The translations under genes and the position numbers were made by a program. From assembly GCA_963841435.1 (NCBI GenBank), contig CAWJCS010000002.1:1056001-1120000 (forward strand): a DNA stretch of 64,000 bases. Direction: 5' to 3'. This DNA comes from an uncultured delta proteobacterium. GTDB lineage: Bacteria; Myxococcota_A; Polyangia; Polyangiales; Polyangiaceae. Below, in pieces: positions 38,034-48,244 of this stretch (position 1 is the stretch's first letter; every line of letters starts with the position of its first letter). Below the pieces are notes generated by a model. The model made no database searches. It had not been told where the DNA came from and was given only the letters and a program-made list of their open reading frames with translations.

Positions 38034-39265
38034 GCGCGGACCGCCTCACCATCGTCTGCCTGTCGTCCCAGCCGTGGCACGACGGCATGTGGACCAACAA
38101 GCAGCACGTGATGAGCCGCCTCGGCCGCGAGCATCGCGTGCTGTTCGTGAATTTCGGCCCCCGGCCGTTGCCCGAGCTTTTGCGGCTCAAATCGGCGCGA
38201 GGGCAGGGCGGTGGTCCGATCGAGCGCGTGCTCGCCCCGGCGTCCGAGGATCAGGCGGGCGTCACGGTTCTCGACTTTCTGGGGCTTCGCGCCGGCGTGC
38301 GCGCGCTCGGTCCGAGCCATCCGTGGTCGGTCTACGCCACCTTCGACATCCGCTTGAACCTGCTCCGGCGCTACCTTCGCCGCGAGGGCATCCTGGACGC
38401 CGTGCTCTGGGTCTATCACCCGGGCTACGGTCCCAAGGTGAACGAGCTTCCGCACCGGCTCGTCGTCTACGATTGCGTTGACGAATTCAGCGAGTTTCCG
38501 GAGTACAAGGCGAACCCCGATTGGCTCGTCGCACGCGAGCGCGAGCTCTGCCGCACCGCGGACATCGTCTTCACGACGAGCCGCGGGCTCTACGACAAGA
38601 AGCGCGCCCTTTCGCCCGATCGAACGAAGCTCGTGCACAACGTCGGCGATTTTTCGCACTTTTCCCGGGCTCGCGACGACGAGGCGCGCGTTCCGGACGA
38701 TCTTCGCACGCTGCCTCGCCCGATCGTCGGCTTCGTGGGCGCCGTGAGCGAATACAAGCTCGACATCGACTGGCTCCTTGCGCTCGCGCGGCGTCACCGC
38801 GAGCTCAGCATCGTGCTCGTGGGTCCCGCCGGCGTGGGTGACGCCGCCACCGACGTGGCTCGGCTCGCCGCGGAGCCGAACGTGCACCTGCTCGGGCACC
38901 GCCCCTACGAAACCTTGCCCGGCTACGTGAAGGGCTTCGACGTCGCCGTCATTCCCTATCGGAAAAACGAGTACACGGCGAACGTCTTTCCCATCAAGTT
39001 CTTCGAGCTCCTCGCGAGCGGCAAGCCCGTCGTCATCAGCGACCTGCCCGCGCTCACCGACTACTACGACTACGTGCTCGTCGCCCGCGACGCCGACGGC
39101 TTCGTGCGTGCCTGCGAGCAGGCCCTCGCCGAGCCGCAGGCGGGCGTCGAAGCGCGGCTCGCGCTCGCACGCGAAAATACCTGGGAGCACCGCGTCGAGC
39201 GCTTGATGACCCACGTGCGCGAGGCCCTCGCCGAAAAGCCCGCGCCGAGGGGCGAGGCGTCGTGA
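38030..39265 (+). CDS. GT-B glycosyltransferase (TuaH-like)
   Basis: MWTNKQHVMSRL, VVYDCVDEF, FDVAVIPY, FPIKFFELLASGKPVV; GTG start overlaps the previous stop. Confidence 0.9.
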   Translation: MSADRLTIVCLSSQPWHDGMWTNKQHVMSRLGREHRVLFVNFGPRPLPELLRLKSARGQGGGPIERVLAPASEDQAGVTVLDFLGLRAGVRALGPSHPWSVYATFDIRLNLLRRYLRREGILDAVLWVYHPGYGPKVNELPHRLVVYDCVDEFSEFPEYKANPDWLVARERELCRTADIVFTTSRGLYDKKRALSPDRTKLVHNVGDFSHFSRARDDEARVPDDLRTLPRPIVGFVGAVSEYKLDIDWLLALARRHRELSIVLVGPAGVGDAATDVARLAAEPNVHLLGHRPYETLPGYVKGFDVAVIPYRKNEYTANVFPIKFFELLASGKPVVISDLPALTDYYDYVLVARDADGFVRACEQALAEPQAGVEARLALARENTWEHRVERLMTHVREALAEKPAPRGEAS

Positions 39266-40819
39266 GCGCGAGCCCCGAGCTCGAGCCGAGCGCCCCCTCG
39301 TCGCCCTTCCCCGGGCAGCCGCCGCCGCGCATCGATCCGGCGCGGCAGGCGGGCATCCTCGTGCTCGGCACGACGTTGGCGACGCTCTCGTCGGCGCTCA
39401 CGCCCCTGCTCGTCGTGCGCCTGATCGGCAAGGCCGACGTTCGGCCGGCTCCTGTCCGTGACGCTCGTCTACGAGACGGTCGCGATGCTGCTCAGTACGG
39501 GCTTTCCGTACACGCTGCTCTACCAGCTGAGCAATCGGCCGGGGCCCGAGCGCGGCGCCATTGCGCGCCGCATCGCGACGATTGCGTTCGGCATGGGTGC
39601 GGGCGGCGCCGTGCTCGTCGAGCTCGTGTCGCTCGGGCTGCGTGCCCACGTGTTCGGCTTCCAGCCGTCGGCGACGTTGGACGCGCAGCTCGGCATGTTG
39701 CTCGTGCTCGCGCCGTCCCTCGCCGCAGACCTGCCGTTTCGCCTCATGCCGAACCTGCTGGTCGCCGAGGGGCTGGCGCGCCGCTCGGCAGGCTTGCAGG
39801 TGGTGCGCACCATCGCGCTCACCTTGGCGACGCTCGTCCCGCTCGCCCTTCAGGCGAGCGTCCCGACGGTGATCGTCTGCTACGCCGTCGTGCGCTGGAC
39901 GTTCGGCCTTTTCGTGCTTTCCGAGCTCAGGCGCCTCTACCACGGCCTGCCGCGCGTCCCGGTGCCGCTCAGCACGGGCGCGTTCTGGCGCTTCGCGATC
40001 CCGATGGGCGCTACCGAAGCGGTGGGGCTCATGAACCAGCAGCTCGATCGCTGGCTCGTTCTCCTCGCTCTGCCGGCGGCCCGCTTCGCCGAATATCAGG
40101 TTGGCGCCTGGCAGGTGCCGATCATCGGTACCATCGCCTACTCGGTGGGCGCTGCCTATACGCCGCAGCTCGTGAAGCACTTTCAGGCGCGGGATCCGAA
40201 CGGAGCCCTCGCCATCTGGCAAAGGGGCATTCACAAGACGGCGCTCCTCGTCGTCCCGGTGACGATGGCGCTCTTCGTCTCTGCCGAGGAGCTCGTCACT
40301 GTGCTCTTCACGAAGGAGTACAGCGCGGCTGCGACGGTGTTTCGCTTCTACTCGGTGCTCACCTTTCTCCGGGTGGCGTCGTTCGGCACCGTGATCGTTG
40401 CCGCTGGGCGGCCGGGTTACGTCCTCCGCGCCGCCGTGCTCGGGCTCGTCTACAATGCCGTCTTCGGCATCCCGCTAGTGCTTGCGCTCGGCTTCATCGG
40501 GCCGGCCGTGGGCGCCGCCGTCGCTTTCGTGCTCCAGGTCGCGACCTATGTATTTTTCATCGCGCGCGCCGCCGAGCTGCCTATTTCCGGAATCTTTCCC
40601 CTTGCTCGCTACGCTCGCGTCCTCGCCCTCGCCGGGGTTGGCGGGTTCGTCGGCTACGCTGCCAAGCGCTCGCTTTCGGGTCCGCCGGCCCTGATGTTGG
40701 CCGTCGAAGTGGTCAGCGTGCTCGTCGTCTTCGCCCTGCTGGGCACGCTCACCCGCACGATCGAGCGGGAAGACTGGGCCTACCTCCGTGACTGGCTCAA
40801 GCTCAAGGTCGTGCGCTAG
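39262..40819 (+). CDS. Wzx-type oligosaccharide flippase, split by a +1 frameshift near 39440
   Basis: The first frame (GILVLGTTLATLSSALTPLLVVRLIGKADV) joins the second (GRLLSVTLVYETVAM..NQQLDRWLV..) if one T is removed from GACGTTCGGC; many TM helices. Confidence 0.8.
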
Positions 40820-40846
40820 GCTGCCTGCCTGCACCGTCAGTCTTCG

Positions 40847-41536
40847 ATGTCCGAAACGCCCGCACCGCTCGACACCCGGTCGCCGCACTACCTCGGCGAG
40901 CCGGGCCAAAAGTATTTCCAATATCAGCACCAGGGTGGCTTGCTGCGCGGGCGCCTGAACGCACGCACCAAGTTCGCGCGCTTCGTGCGCCCAGAGCATG
41001 CGGTGCTGGACTTCGGCTGCGGCGGCGGGACACTGCTGGCGAGCCTCGACTGTGCCAGAAAGCTCGGCGTCGAGATAAACCCGGTCGCACGCGCAGAGGC
41101 TGCCGCCCATGAGATCGAAGTGCACGACTCACTCGCCAGCGTTCCAGACGGCGTGGCGGATCTCGTCGTCTCGAACCACGCGCTCGAACACGTGTCCAAT
41201 CCGCTACAGGCGCTCCGCGACATGAGACCAAAGCTCAAGGCGCAGGGCAAGCTCGTGCTAGTGGTTCCGATCGACGACTGGCGCGGCCAGCCCGACTTCG
41301 ATGCCAGCGATATCGACCACCATCTCTACACCTGGACGCCTCGTTTGCTCGGTAACCTGCTCGCCGAAGCGGGCTACTCCGTCAACGGGATTTCGGTGCT
41401 GACCCACGCCTGGTTTCCCAGGTGGGAGCGCTGGATCGACCGCCTTCCTTCACCGGTCTTCGACGCCCTGTGCGGCGCGTATGCGGTCGTCGTGCGCCGG
41501 CGCCAGCTTGTCGCCGTAGCCATCCCCAAGCCGTGA
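40847..41536 (+). CDS. Class I SAM-dependent methyltransferase
   Basis: VLDFGCGGG, GVEIN, DLVVSNHALEHV. Confidence 0.9.
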   Translation: MSETPAPLDTRSPHYLGEPGQKYFQYQHQGGLLRGRLNARTKFARFVRPEHAVLDFGCGGGTLLASLDCARKLGVEINPVARAEAAAHEIEVHDSLASVPDGVADLVVSNHALEHVSNPLQALRDMRPKLKAQGKLVLVVPIDDWRGQPDFDASDIDHHLYTWTPRLLGNLLAEAGYSVNGISVLTHAWFPRWERWIDRLPSPVFDALCGAYAVVVRRRQLVAVAIPKP

Positions 41537-41539
41537 GCA

Positions 41540-42388
41540 TCATCTCACGGCACTCAGCTGCGCGTAGCAAATCCACGTGTAAAATTGGGCCTCGGCCGCG
41601 AAGAGCTTGAACGCATTCGGAAGAGCTTCCTCGGTGAACAGCGCTTCGGGAGTTGGGTAGCGTTCGTTCGACCACGGGTCTCCCCAGCGCGTCGTTGCCG
41701 AGCGGACGACGGGGGGAAATTCGAAGTAGCGTTCGAGCAGGCAGAGCTCCGGTGGTATCGCGTCCCGCCGGCTGAGCGCGGAACGGAGCTTTTCCGTCAA
41801 GCGCGAGGTGAGATCGCGCGCGGTGGGGGGCGGCTCCCCGGAACATGCCTGCTTGAGCGAGTAGCAGTCGCCCCGTCCTACGGGGTAATTGTCCTCGAAG
41901 ATCAAATGTCGGAAGCCGAGCTTTGCTGCCGTGCGCACTCGGAGCAGCTCGTCCTGATGATCATCGAAGAAGAGCAGCGTGCCTTCCCTCGGGAGGTCCC
42001 ACGAAACCTCGGAGAAATCATCCGTCCGATACTCTGCTCGGGCCGAGCGGTAAATTCTGGCGCTCGGATCGGGGTCCATGCAGACGAGACGGGCTTTGGG
42101 TGCCGCCTGCTCAAGGAGCCAGGTCCCGAGGCCTTTGAAGACTCCGCTCTCGACGATCGCGCGAGGGGCGAGCTTCCGAACCATGAACCAAGTGGCAAAC
42201 AGGTGGGGGGCGCGCATCCCGCCTTGGTTGTCGCGAATAGGCCGTTCCGCGTAGAGCTCGAGAAAAGCCGGAATCGTGGCGACGATCTCTTCGCGAGAGA
42301 CCGAGTCGAACCCGTCCAGGGCCTGACTACCGAACGCGTCAGCTGAAGCGGCGCCTTGCACCAGAGTGGGAGCTTTGCCCGCGTTCAC
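41540..42388 (-). CDS. Hypothetical protein, methyltransferase-like fold
   Basis: IVESGVFKGLGTW, CMDP, FFDDHQ, IFEDNY motifs; codon usage is less GC3-biased than the flanks. Confidence 0.7.
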   Translation of the reverse strand: MNAGKAPTLVQGAASADAFGSQALDGFDSVSREEIVATIPAFLELYAERPIRDNQGGMRAPHLFATWFMVRKLAPRAIVESGVFKGLGTWLLEQAAPKARLVCMDPDPSARIYRSARAEYRTDDFSEVSWDLPREGTLLFFDDHQDELLRVRTAAKLGFRHLIFEDNYPVGRGDCYSLKQACSGEPPPTARDLTSRLTEKLRSALSRRDAIPPELCLLERYFEFPPVVRSATTRWGDPWSNERYPTPEALFTEEALPNAFKLFAAEAQFYTWICYAQLSAVR

Positions 42389-42546
42389 CGTCCGGCGAAC
42401 GTTACCACATGCGATGGCGAAGAGTGGGGCCCCCTCGCTCTGGCCCGGCGAATCCGCTTGCCGTCCATTTCGCGCCGTGCCATTCGCGGGAACGCGAGAG
42501 GTGAGCTAACGAATGCGCCTGGGGCGCGGGGCATGCGAGGGAAGCA

Positions 42547-43383
42547 ATGCACGTGGGATGGGGCGCCGTCGGGTGTTTCTGGAGCGTCGCGCTCCGCGCG
42601 GATTGCGTCACGGGCGGCGAGGGAGGTTGCGGGAATTGTCCGACCGTAGACCGTCTCGAGGACGCGGGGCTTTGTGTCGCGACGGCGGGCGTTCGCGGTG
42701 ACCTCGACCTGCTCGTTGGCGTCGTTCCACGGCTCGTGGCTGACATTTCGAACGCGCGTTCGGGCGTTACTACTTGGAAGCCATTGGTCGCCGTCGCTTG
42801 TTCCCCGCGGCCCCGAGCGCTCAAAGGAAACCCCGCTGTCGTCGTGCAAGTCCTCAACGCGGGCGCGGACGACTGTCTCTCTTGCCCATTCGACCCAGCC
42901 GAGCTCCGCGCGCGACTCTGCGCCGTCGCCCGCCGTGGGCACTTGGGTGAGCGCGGCCCCGACGTGGTTGAGGTGGATCGCAATGAATCGCGGGTCCGAA
43001 TCGGGAATTTCGAGGCACGCCTTTCACGGCGGCAGCTGGACGTCTTCTCTTACCTCGCGGAGCGTCGCGAGCGATGGGTCCATTCCAGCGAAATCATCAA
43101 GGCAGTCTGCGGAACGCACCACGACGAAGGGACGTTGCTTGTCCGCGTTCAGATTCACGGCATCCGGAGGGCTGTCGGTCCCATGCGAATTTGCGTAGAG
43201 GCTGACGGACACCGAAGCTACCGGTTTACCTCTTGCGCCGCCAGCCTCGGCACGGGTGATTGCCACGGGGCGGAAGCTCTGGCTCGACCGGTTGTACCCG
43301 GAGTCGTTGACACGCGACCAGCCGGCCCCGCCGTACTCAACCGTCGGGCAGCTCGCGACCCTCTCGTCCGAAGAACGCGATGA
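42547..43383 (+). CDS. Degenerate OmpR/PhoB-type response regulator (atypical or decaying)
   Basis: LNAGADDCLSCPFDPAELRARL (compare GADDYLTKPF) and wHTH LVRVQIHGIRRAVG; N-terminal receiver is unrecognisable; 3' end overlaps the convergent gene. Confidence 0.55.
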   Translation: MHVGWGAVGCFWSVALRADCVTGGEGGCGNCPTVDRLEDAGLCVATAGVRGDLDLLVGVVPRLVADISNARSGVTTWKPLVAVACSPRPRALKGNPAVVVQVLNAGADDCLSCPFDPAELRARLCAVARRGHLGERGPDVVEVDRNESRVRIGNFEARLSRRQLDVFSYLAERRERWVHSSEIIKAVCGTHHDEGTLLVRVQIHGIRRAVGPMRICVEADGHRSYRFTSCAASLGTGDCHGAEALARPVVPGVVDTRPAGPAVLNRRAARDPLVRRTR

Positions 43384-43957
43384 CCCGATGCTCACCAGGC
43401 CCAGCGTCTGGCAACGTTACCGCCATGCCCGGTCCGTGCCAATGCAGCTGTGGTAGCAAGTCCAGTTTTGCGGCGTCGATCCCGTCGGCGTCGCCACTCA
43501 CGAGGACCAGCCTACACAGGTTGGCTCGACACTTCAGGTCGTCCACATGGATCCCGCGCGCCTCGAGTTTGACCGTCCCGCTCCGGAGCCTCGTTTCCGC
43601 GTCCGCTTCCCAGCTCCGATCACGCGTGTCCTCCTCGAAGAACGTCTGTAGGAACTGGCGATAGTCCTCCAGGTCGTCCGAGACTCTCGGAGGCTCAGCC
43701 ACGTCGTCTACAGCGGGCGTAACCGCCGGCATTATCGGCGCTTCCGCGGTAACGTCGCGCAGCTCGGTCTGACGAGTGGTCCCAGGCGCCCTCCCCAGCA
43801 GGTCCACGGTGTCGCGATCGCGTGTGTTCTTGCTGATCGGCCTGGCTGCGTTTCGCGCGTCGTCGTGCCGCTGGGCAGAACGCGCTTGCAGGTGATACCA
43901 AGCGAGGCTCGTCGTGGCTGCCAAAACGACCGCGCTCGTCATGAGTATTTGGCGCAT
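43337..43957 (-). CDS. Hypothetical exported protein
   Basis: N-terminal hydrophobic segment; FFEEDTRDRSWEADAE..LKCRANLCRL; GGAG SD upstream. Confidence 0.7.
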   Translation of the reverse strand: MRQILMTSAVVLAATTSLAWYHLQARSAQRHDDARNAARPISKNTRDRDTVDLLGRAPGTTRQTELRDVTAEAPIMPAVTPAVDDVAEPPRVSDDLEDYRQFLQTFFEEDTRDRSWEADAETRLRSGTVKLEARGIHVDDLKCRANLCRLVLVSGDADGIDAAKLDLLPQLHWHGPGMAVTLPDAGPGEHRVIAFFGREGRELPDG

Positions 43958-44012
43958 GGCGGTGCTCCTGGGTGATCGTGCCGCCCCGGACCAGCCAGGG
44001 CGGCACGGGCCC

Positions 44013-44480
44013 TCACGTCCAGTCGAAGGCGTTCACACCAGGCCTTGCGCCAATGGCAGCTTGTGGGAGGTCGCATTCGAACATCAGTGAAGTGCCTGCC
44101 ACCACGTTCAGGGATCCGAGGGAAACGCTGACGTACGACGCGGACGTGGTGGAGCCGCCGGCGCTCCACACGACGGCATTGGCGCCATCGACCCGGGCAC
44201 CCCAGCACCACGTTGCGTTCTGGCCGTTGCCCTTCATGCGCCCTGTCAGGGCATAGTTCTTGAACGCGCTCAAAACGACGGGGACGTAAACGGTCGCTCC
44301 CGCGATCATGATTGGATTCTCCCAGTTGGCAAGGAGGGCTCGCTGCGCGTTCCCATCCAAATTGAAGCCGAGGGCTGCCGGCGCCCGGTAGGCCAGGGCT
44401 TCGGACGGACCGAGCAGCGCCGCGGACGCGATGCCCATGGCGCACAAACCAGAGATGATGTTCTTGAACATGGCTCCCAC
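44013..44480 (-). CDS. Hypothetical secreted beta-rich protein
   Basis: Signal peptide ending SEALA; two Cys in the mature region. Start may be the internal MFKN Met, which has GGAG upstream. Confidence 0.65.
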   Translation of the reverse strand: MGAMFKNIISGLCAMGIASAALLGPSEALAYRAPAALGFNLDGNAQRALLANWENPIMIAGATVYVPVVLSAFKNYALTGRMKGNGQNATWCWGARVDGANAVVWSAGGSTTSASYVSVSLGSLNVVAGTSLMFECDLPQAAIGARPGVNAFDWT

Positions 44481-44587
44481 TCCTTGTAACCTTGACGATA
44501 GCGTTTCCCGGTGCTGCCGCAGAAGGGGTCCGCGGCTCGCACTGGTCTCATACCCTCAGCCATCGGCCGGTCCCTGTTATTTTTGGG

Positions 44588-44839
44588 TTAGCAGTGGGAG
44601 GAACGAGGCTCGCGTCGAGCGGGCTCGATGAGCCCGAGGTCGAAGGAGATATCCTCGCCGATACCCACCGAGTAGACGACGGAGTCGCGACCGAGCAGTG
44701 CCGGAAGCACCTCGTAGCCGCCGTAGCTCGTGCCGAGGAACACCGACTCGGCGTCGAGCTCCACGCCGTGCCGCGGCCGGCCGCGAAAGCGCCGCCAGGC
44801 ACCCCCGAGAAAGCCGGGAACTCTCGAGCGACGGGCCAC
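44588..44839 (-). pseudogene. 5' fragment of an FkbM/Methyltransf_22-type methyltransferase
   Basis: FLGTSYGGYEVLPALLGRDSVVYSVGIGEDISFDLGLIE matches the family N-terminus; similarity ends near 44620, followed by a stop. Confidence 0.7.
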
Positions 44840-44877
44840 GGGGGCCCGGACGCTACCACCTGGTCGTCTGAAGTAAA

Positions 44878-45820
44878 GTGGCGCCGGTGCCGCCCGCGAC
44901 GCTCGACCGCCGCATCGTCCACTACGCCCTCAACGATCCGCGTGAGGTGCGCGGCGGCGTCGAGAGTTTCGGCCGCACGCTCGCCAAGGATTTTCGGTGA
45001 GGTCGTCTACATGACGCCGCAGACGCGCGACGAGGCGCTCGTTGTCGCCGAACGTCTGCCCGTCGTCTGCGACAACCAGTTCGTCCTCGATTGGCCCGAG
45101 AGCATCCCCGTGATCGGCTTCCAGCACGGCGTGGCTCGCGAAAAATTCAAGGCGATCCCCAATCGCGAAACGCTCGACCTCGCCCGGCGCCAGGCACGCG
45201 CCGCGCGGCGCAAGAACACGCTCTGGGGCGCCGGGGCACGCTGGATCTCCGACACCTTCGCGGCCCTCTACGGCAACGGCGCCACGCGCGTCATCTACTA
45301 CCCGGTCAACCTGGCGCGCTTCGACGGGCGCCTCGCAAACACAGGCTCGCGGCTCGTCTTGCACGACGGCCGAACGCCGCACAAGGGCTCGCAGCTTTAC
45401 CCCGCGCTCGCACGCGCGCTTCCCGAGCATCGCATCGAGCCGCTGCTCGGCCCTTCCGACGAGGTGCCCGATCGCCTGCGCGAAGCGTGCGCCTTTTTTC
45501 ATCTTTCGAGCTACGAGGGCAACAGCGTGATGTGCACGGAGGCCATGGCCATGAACCTCCCGTGCTTCTTTACCCGCGTCGGCCTGTTTCGTGACGGGCT
45601 CGATCTCGACGTGTGGAGCGTGCCTCGGTCGCTCGCGTATGGACCGTTCGCGCGCTTGCGTCGTTCGGAGCTCACGAGCGAAGCACGCGCGTTCTTGAGC
45701 TCGCTCACGACGCGGCGCTACGCCCCCCGCACGTGGGTCGAAGAGCACGCCTCGCTCGACGCCGCTCGCTCCGGCTGGGTCGACCTGATGACCGCCTTCG
45801 ACCGCCTTGTTTGGCCGTAA
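44878..45820 (+). CDS. GT-B glycosyltransferase-like protein, split by a +1 frameshift near 44986
   Basis: MAPVPPATLDRRIVHYALNDPREVRGGVESFGRTLA joins RIFGEVVYM..HLSSYEGNSVMCTEAMAMNLP (Ex7E) if one A is removed from GCCAAGG. Confidence 0.72.
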
Positions 45821-45909
45821 CGCCCGCCGGCCGTGCCCGCACGCGAGGCATGTTCACGCGGCCCGAGGTGGGTTATGATTGTTGATCCGCCCCCTTTGGC
45901 GGAGCACGC

Positions 45910-47142
45910 ATGGCGCCCCTTCGTCTCTCGGTGCTGGTCGTTGGTCTAACGAGCCTGGTCGCTTGCACGTCGGATGACGGGTCGAGCGGGAGCGGAGGAC
46001 CGCCCTCGATGGGAGGGAGCGGAGGGACGGCGGCGGGCAGCGGCGCTCTGGGCAAGGGCGGCGGCGGCTCGGGCGCGAGCGGCGGCGCTGCGGGCAAGGG
46101 CGCCGGCGGGTCCGCGGGGGCGAGCGCAGGGAAAGGAGGCTCGTCGGGGGCGAGCGGCAGCGGGGCAGGCGCAGGCTCGGGCGGTGCGGCGGGCTCGGGC
46201 GGCGCGTCCGGGGGCTCGAGCGGAGCGGCAGGGGACGCGGGCGCTGCCGGCGCGGGCACGAGCGGAGACCTCCCCGAGGGTGATACGGGCATCGCCGCGC
46301 GCCACCCAGGCGACGAGGGCATCGACGCGGACGCCGCCGTGATCTTCTTCGACGATTTCGAAAGCTACGCGAGCGGCGCCGACCTCTGGGACAACTGGGA
46401 CAACGTCTATCAACAGCAATACGTCACGCTCACGACGGTGGCGGCGGACGTGCGTTTCGGCAACCAGGCCCTCGAATTCACGCTGCCCGAGCAAACCGAA
46501 GAGCTCAGCGACGCCCTCGACAAGATCGTGAGCCCGGAAGAGGACGTGCTGTTCCTGCGCTACTACTCCAAATTCCAGCCTCCCTACGACGTCGTCGGCT
46601 CGAGTCACAACGGCTCCGGCATCAGCGCGCACTACTTCATGGGCAACAACGCGACGCCCGGCGTCCGCGCCGACGGGACGAACAAGTTCCTCGTGAATCT
46701 CGAGAACTGGCGGGGTGAGGCCACGACGGCGTCGCCGGGCTACATGAACCTCTACGTTTACCACCCGCTCCAGCGCGACGATTACGGGGATCACTTCTTC
46801 CCGAACGGCGAGGTGATGCCCAATACCAGCTTGCCGTTCGATTTCGGACCCGACTTCGTGAGCCGCGAGCAGCTCATTCCCGAGCTCGATCGCTGGTACT
46901 GCTTCGAGCTCATGGTGAAGGCCAACACGCCCGGCCAAACCGACGGGCGCCTGGCGTTCTGGATCGACGGCGAGCTCCGCGGCGATTTTCCGAACCTCAG
47001 GCTTCGCGACGTCGCCACGCTCACGATCGACCGCTTCCAGCTCTCGTTCCACATCAAGTCGAACCCGAACGGCGAAGCCAAGAAGTGGTACGACAACGTC
47101 GTGGCCGCCCGCTCCTACATCGGGCCGCTCGTCACGCCTTGA
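45910..47142 (+). CDS. Lipoprotein with Gly/Ser linker and jelly-roll (polysaccharide lyase-like/ConA-like) domain
   Basis: Lipobox LVAC; IFFDDFES, FLRYYSKF, RWYCFELMVKANTPGQTDGRLAFWIDG, WYDNVVAARSYIGP. Confidence 0.72.
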   Translation: MAPLRLSVLVVGLTSLVACTSDDGSSGSGGPPSMGGSGGTAAGSGALGKGGGGSGASGGAAGKGAGGSAGASAGKGGSSGASGSGAGAGSGGAAGSGGASGGSSGAAGDAGAAGAGTSGDLPEGDTGIAARHPGDEGIDADAAVIFFDDFESYASGADLWDNWDNVYQQQYVTLTTVAADVRFGNQALEFTLPEQTEELSDALDKIVSPEEDVLFLRYYSKFQPPYDVVGSSHNGSGISAHYFMGNNATPGVRADGTNKFLVNLENWRGEATTASPGYMNLYVYHPLQRDDYGDHFFPNGEVMPNTSLPFDFGPDFVSREQLIPELDRWYCFELMVKANTPGQTDGRLAFWIDGELRGDFPNLRLRDVATLTIDRFQLSFHIKSNPNGEAKKWYDNVVAARSYIGPLVTP

Positions 47143-47193
47143 GTCTTGCTCGCGGCCCGGGCCGTGGCGAGTTGGACGCGGCGCGTCGAGGAC

Positions 47194-48009
47194 TCAGCCT
47201 GCTCCGCGTTCGCGCGGCTTTCGCGCGGCGCGCTTCGCGCGCGCTTCCAGCGCATCCAGGCTCGATGCGAGCAGGTGCGCGGCGGCCGCGTCTCCCTCGG
47301 CGTCGACTTCCTCGGCGTCGATGTAGAGCTCCTCGGCGTCGACGGGCCCCTCGGAGGGCGCGTCCTCGAAGGTGAGCACGTGATCGAAGAGCGCGTCGGC
47401 GTTGGCGAGCTCGGCGACCAACGGCTCGAGCGCGCGGTGCCCGAGCACGCCGAGCGCCTGGCGCGTCGCGAGCGCGAGCGTTTCCTTGACGCCGCTGCCG
47501 AGCGAGGCGATCGCGGGCAGCACGGGCACCGAGTCGGCGAGCTTGAGCCGCTTTTTCATGCGCTCCGGCTCGAGCGCACCCTCGACGTCTTGCTTGTTGA
47601 CCTGGACGACGACGGGGATCGGCTTTTTTCGCTGTTTGATGCTGCCGCGGAGCCGCGCGAAGGCGCGCAGGGAGTCGGGGACCTGCGCCGGGCTCGCGTC
47701 GCACACGAACACCACGACGTCGGCCATTTCGACGAGCGGGCGACGGCGGTAGTTGCGCTCGATCTGCCCGGGCACGGTGATGAGCTGCAGCTTGATCGGT
47801 GCAGGCGACTTGCGCGGCCCATCGACCTCGAGCCAGTCGAAGAACATGGTCCGCCCGCGCAGCTGCGCCGGCGTCACCATCTCGCTGCGGCGCGTCGCGG
47901 GGACGAAGTCGCAGATCTTCCGAAGGTTCGTCGTCTTTCCCGCCATCCCCGGTCCGTCGTACACCACGCGCACGACGTAACAGCCGCGGTCGGAATCCCA
48001 GGACGCCAT
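47194..48009 (-). CDS. MglA-family small GTPase with acidic C-terminal extension
   Basis: VVYDGPGMAGKTTNL (G1), GRTMFFDWL, TVPGQ (G3), QVNKQD (G4). Confidence 0.88.
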   Translation of the reverse strand: MASWDSDRGCYVVRVVYDGPGMAGKTTNLRKICDFVPATRRSEMVTPAQLRGRTMFFDWLEVDGPRKSPAPIKLQLITVPGQIERNYRRRPLVEMADVVVFVCDASPAQVPDSLRAFARLRGSIKQRKKPIPVVVQVNKQDVEGALEPERMKKRLKLADSVPVLPAIASLGSGVKETLALATRQALGVLGHRALEPLVAELANADALFDHVLTFEDAPSEGPVDAEELYIDAEEVDAEGDAAAAHLLASSLDALEARAKRAARKPRERGAG

Positions 48010-48244
48010 GTTTCTCACCGACTAGCGCATTGTCGGAGCGGACGAAAGTGGGCCGCCGGCGAACGGCGTGGCATGTCCCTTGCCGGCGCGATGTGCGCGC
48101 GGTGCCTCGACTTTCGTGGCAGGCCGGGAACGCCGCCCGCTAGCCCGCTGCTTCGCGGCGCGCGGCCCGGCGCTTGCTTTCGTGAAAGCGCGCCGACGAG
48201 CGTTTGCTTCTCGCGCCGGGGCTCGTGGGGTATCTGACGCGGCC

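Noticed and set aside
42400-44620. Prophage or IS element in the lower-GC patch
   Set aside because: No integrase, transposase, phage genes, terminal inverted repeats or target duplication seen.
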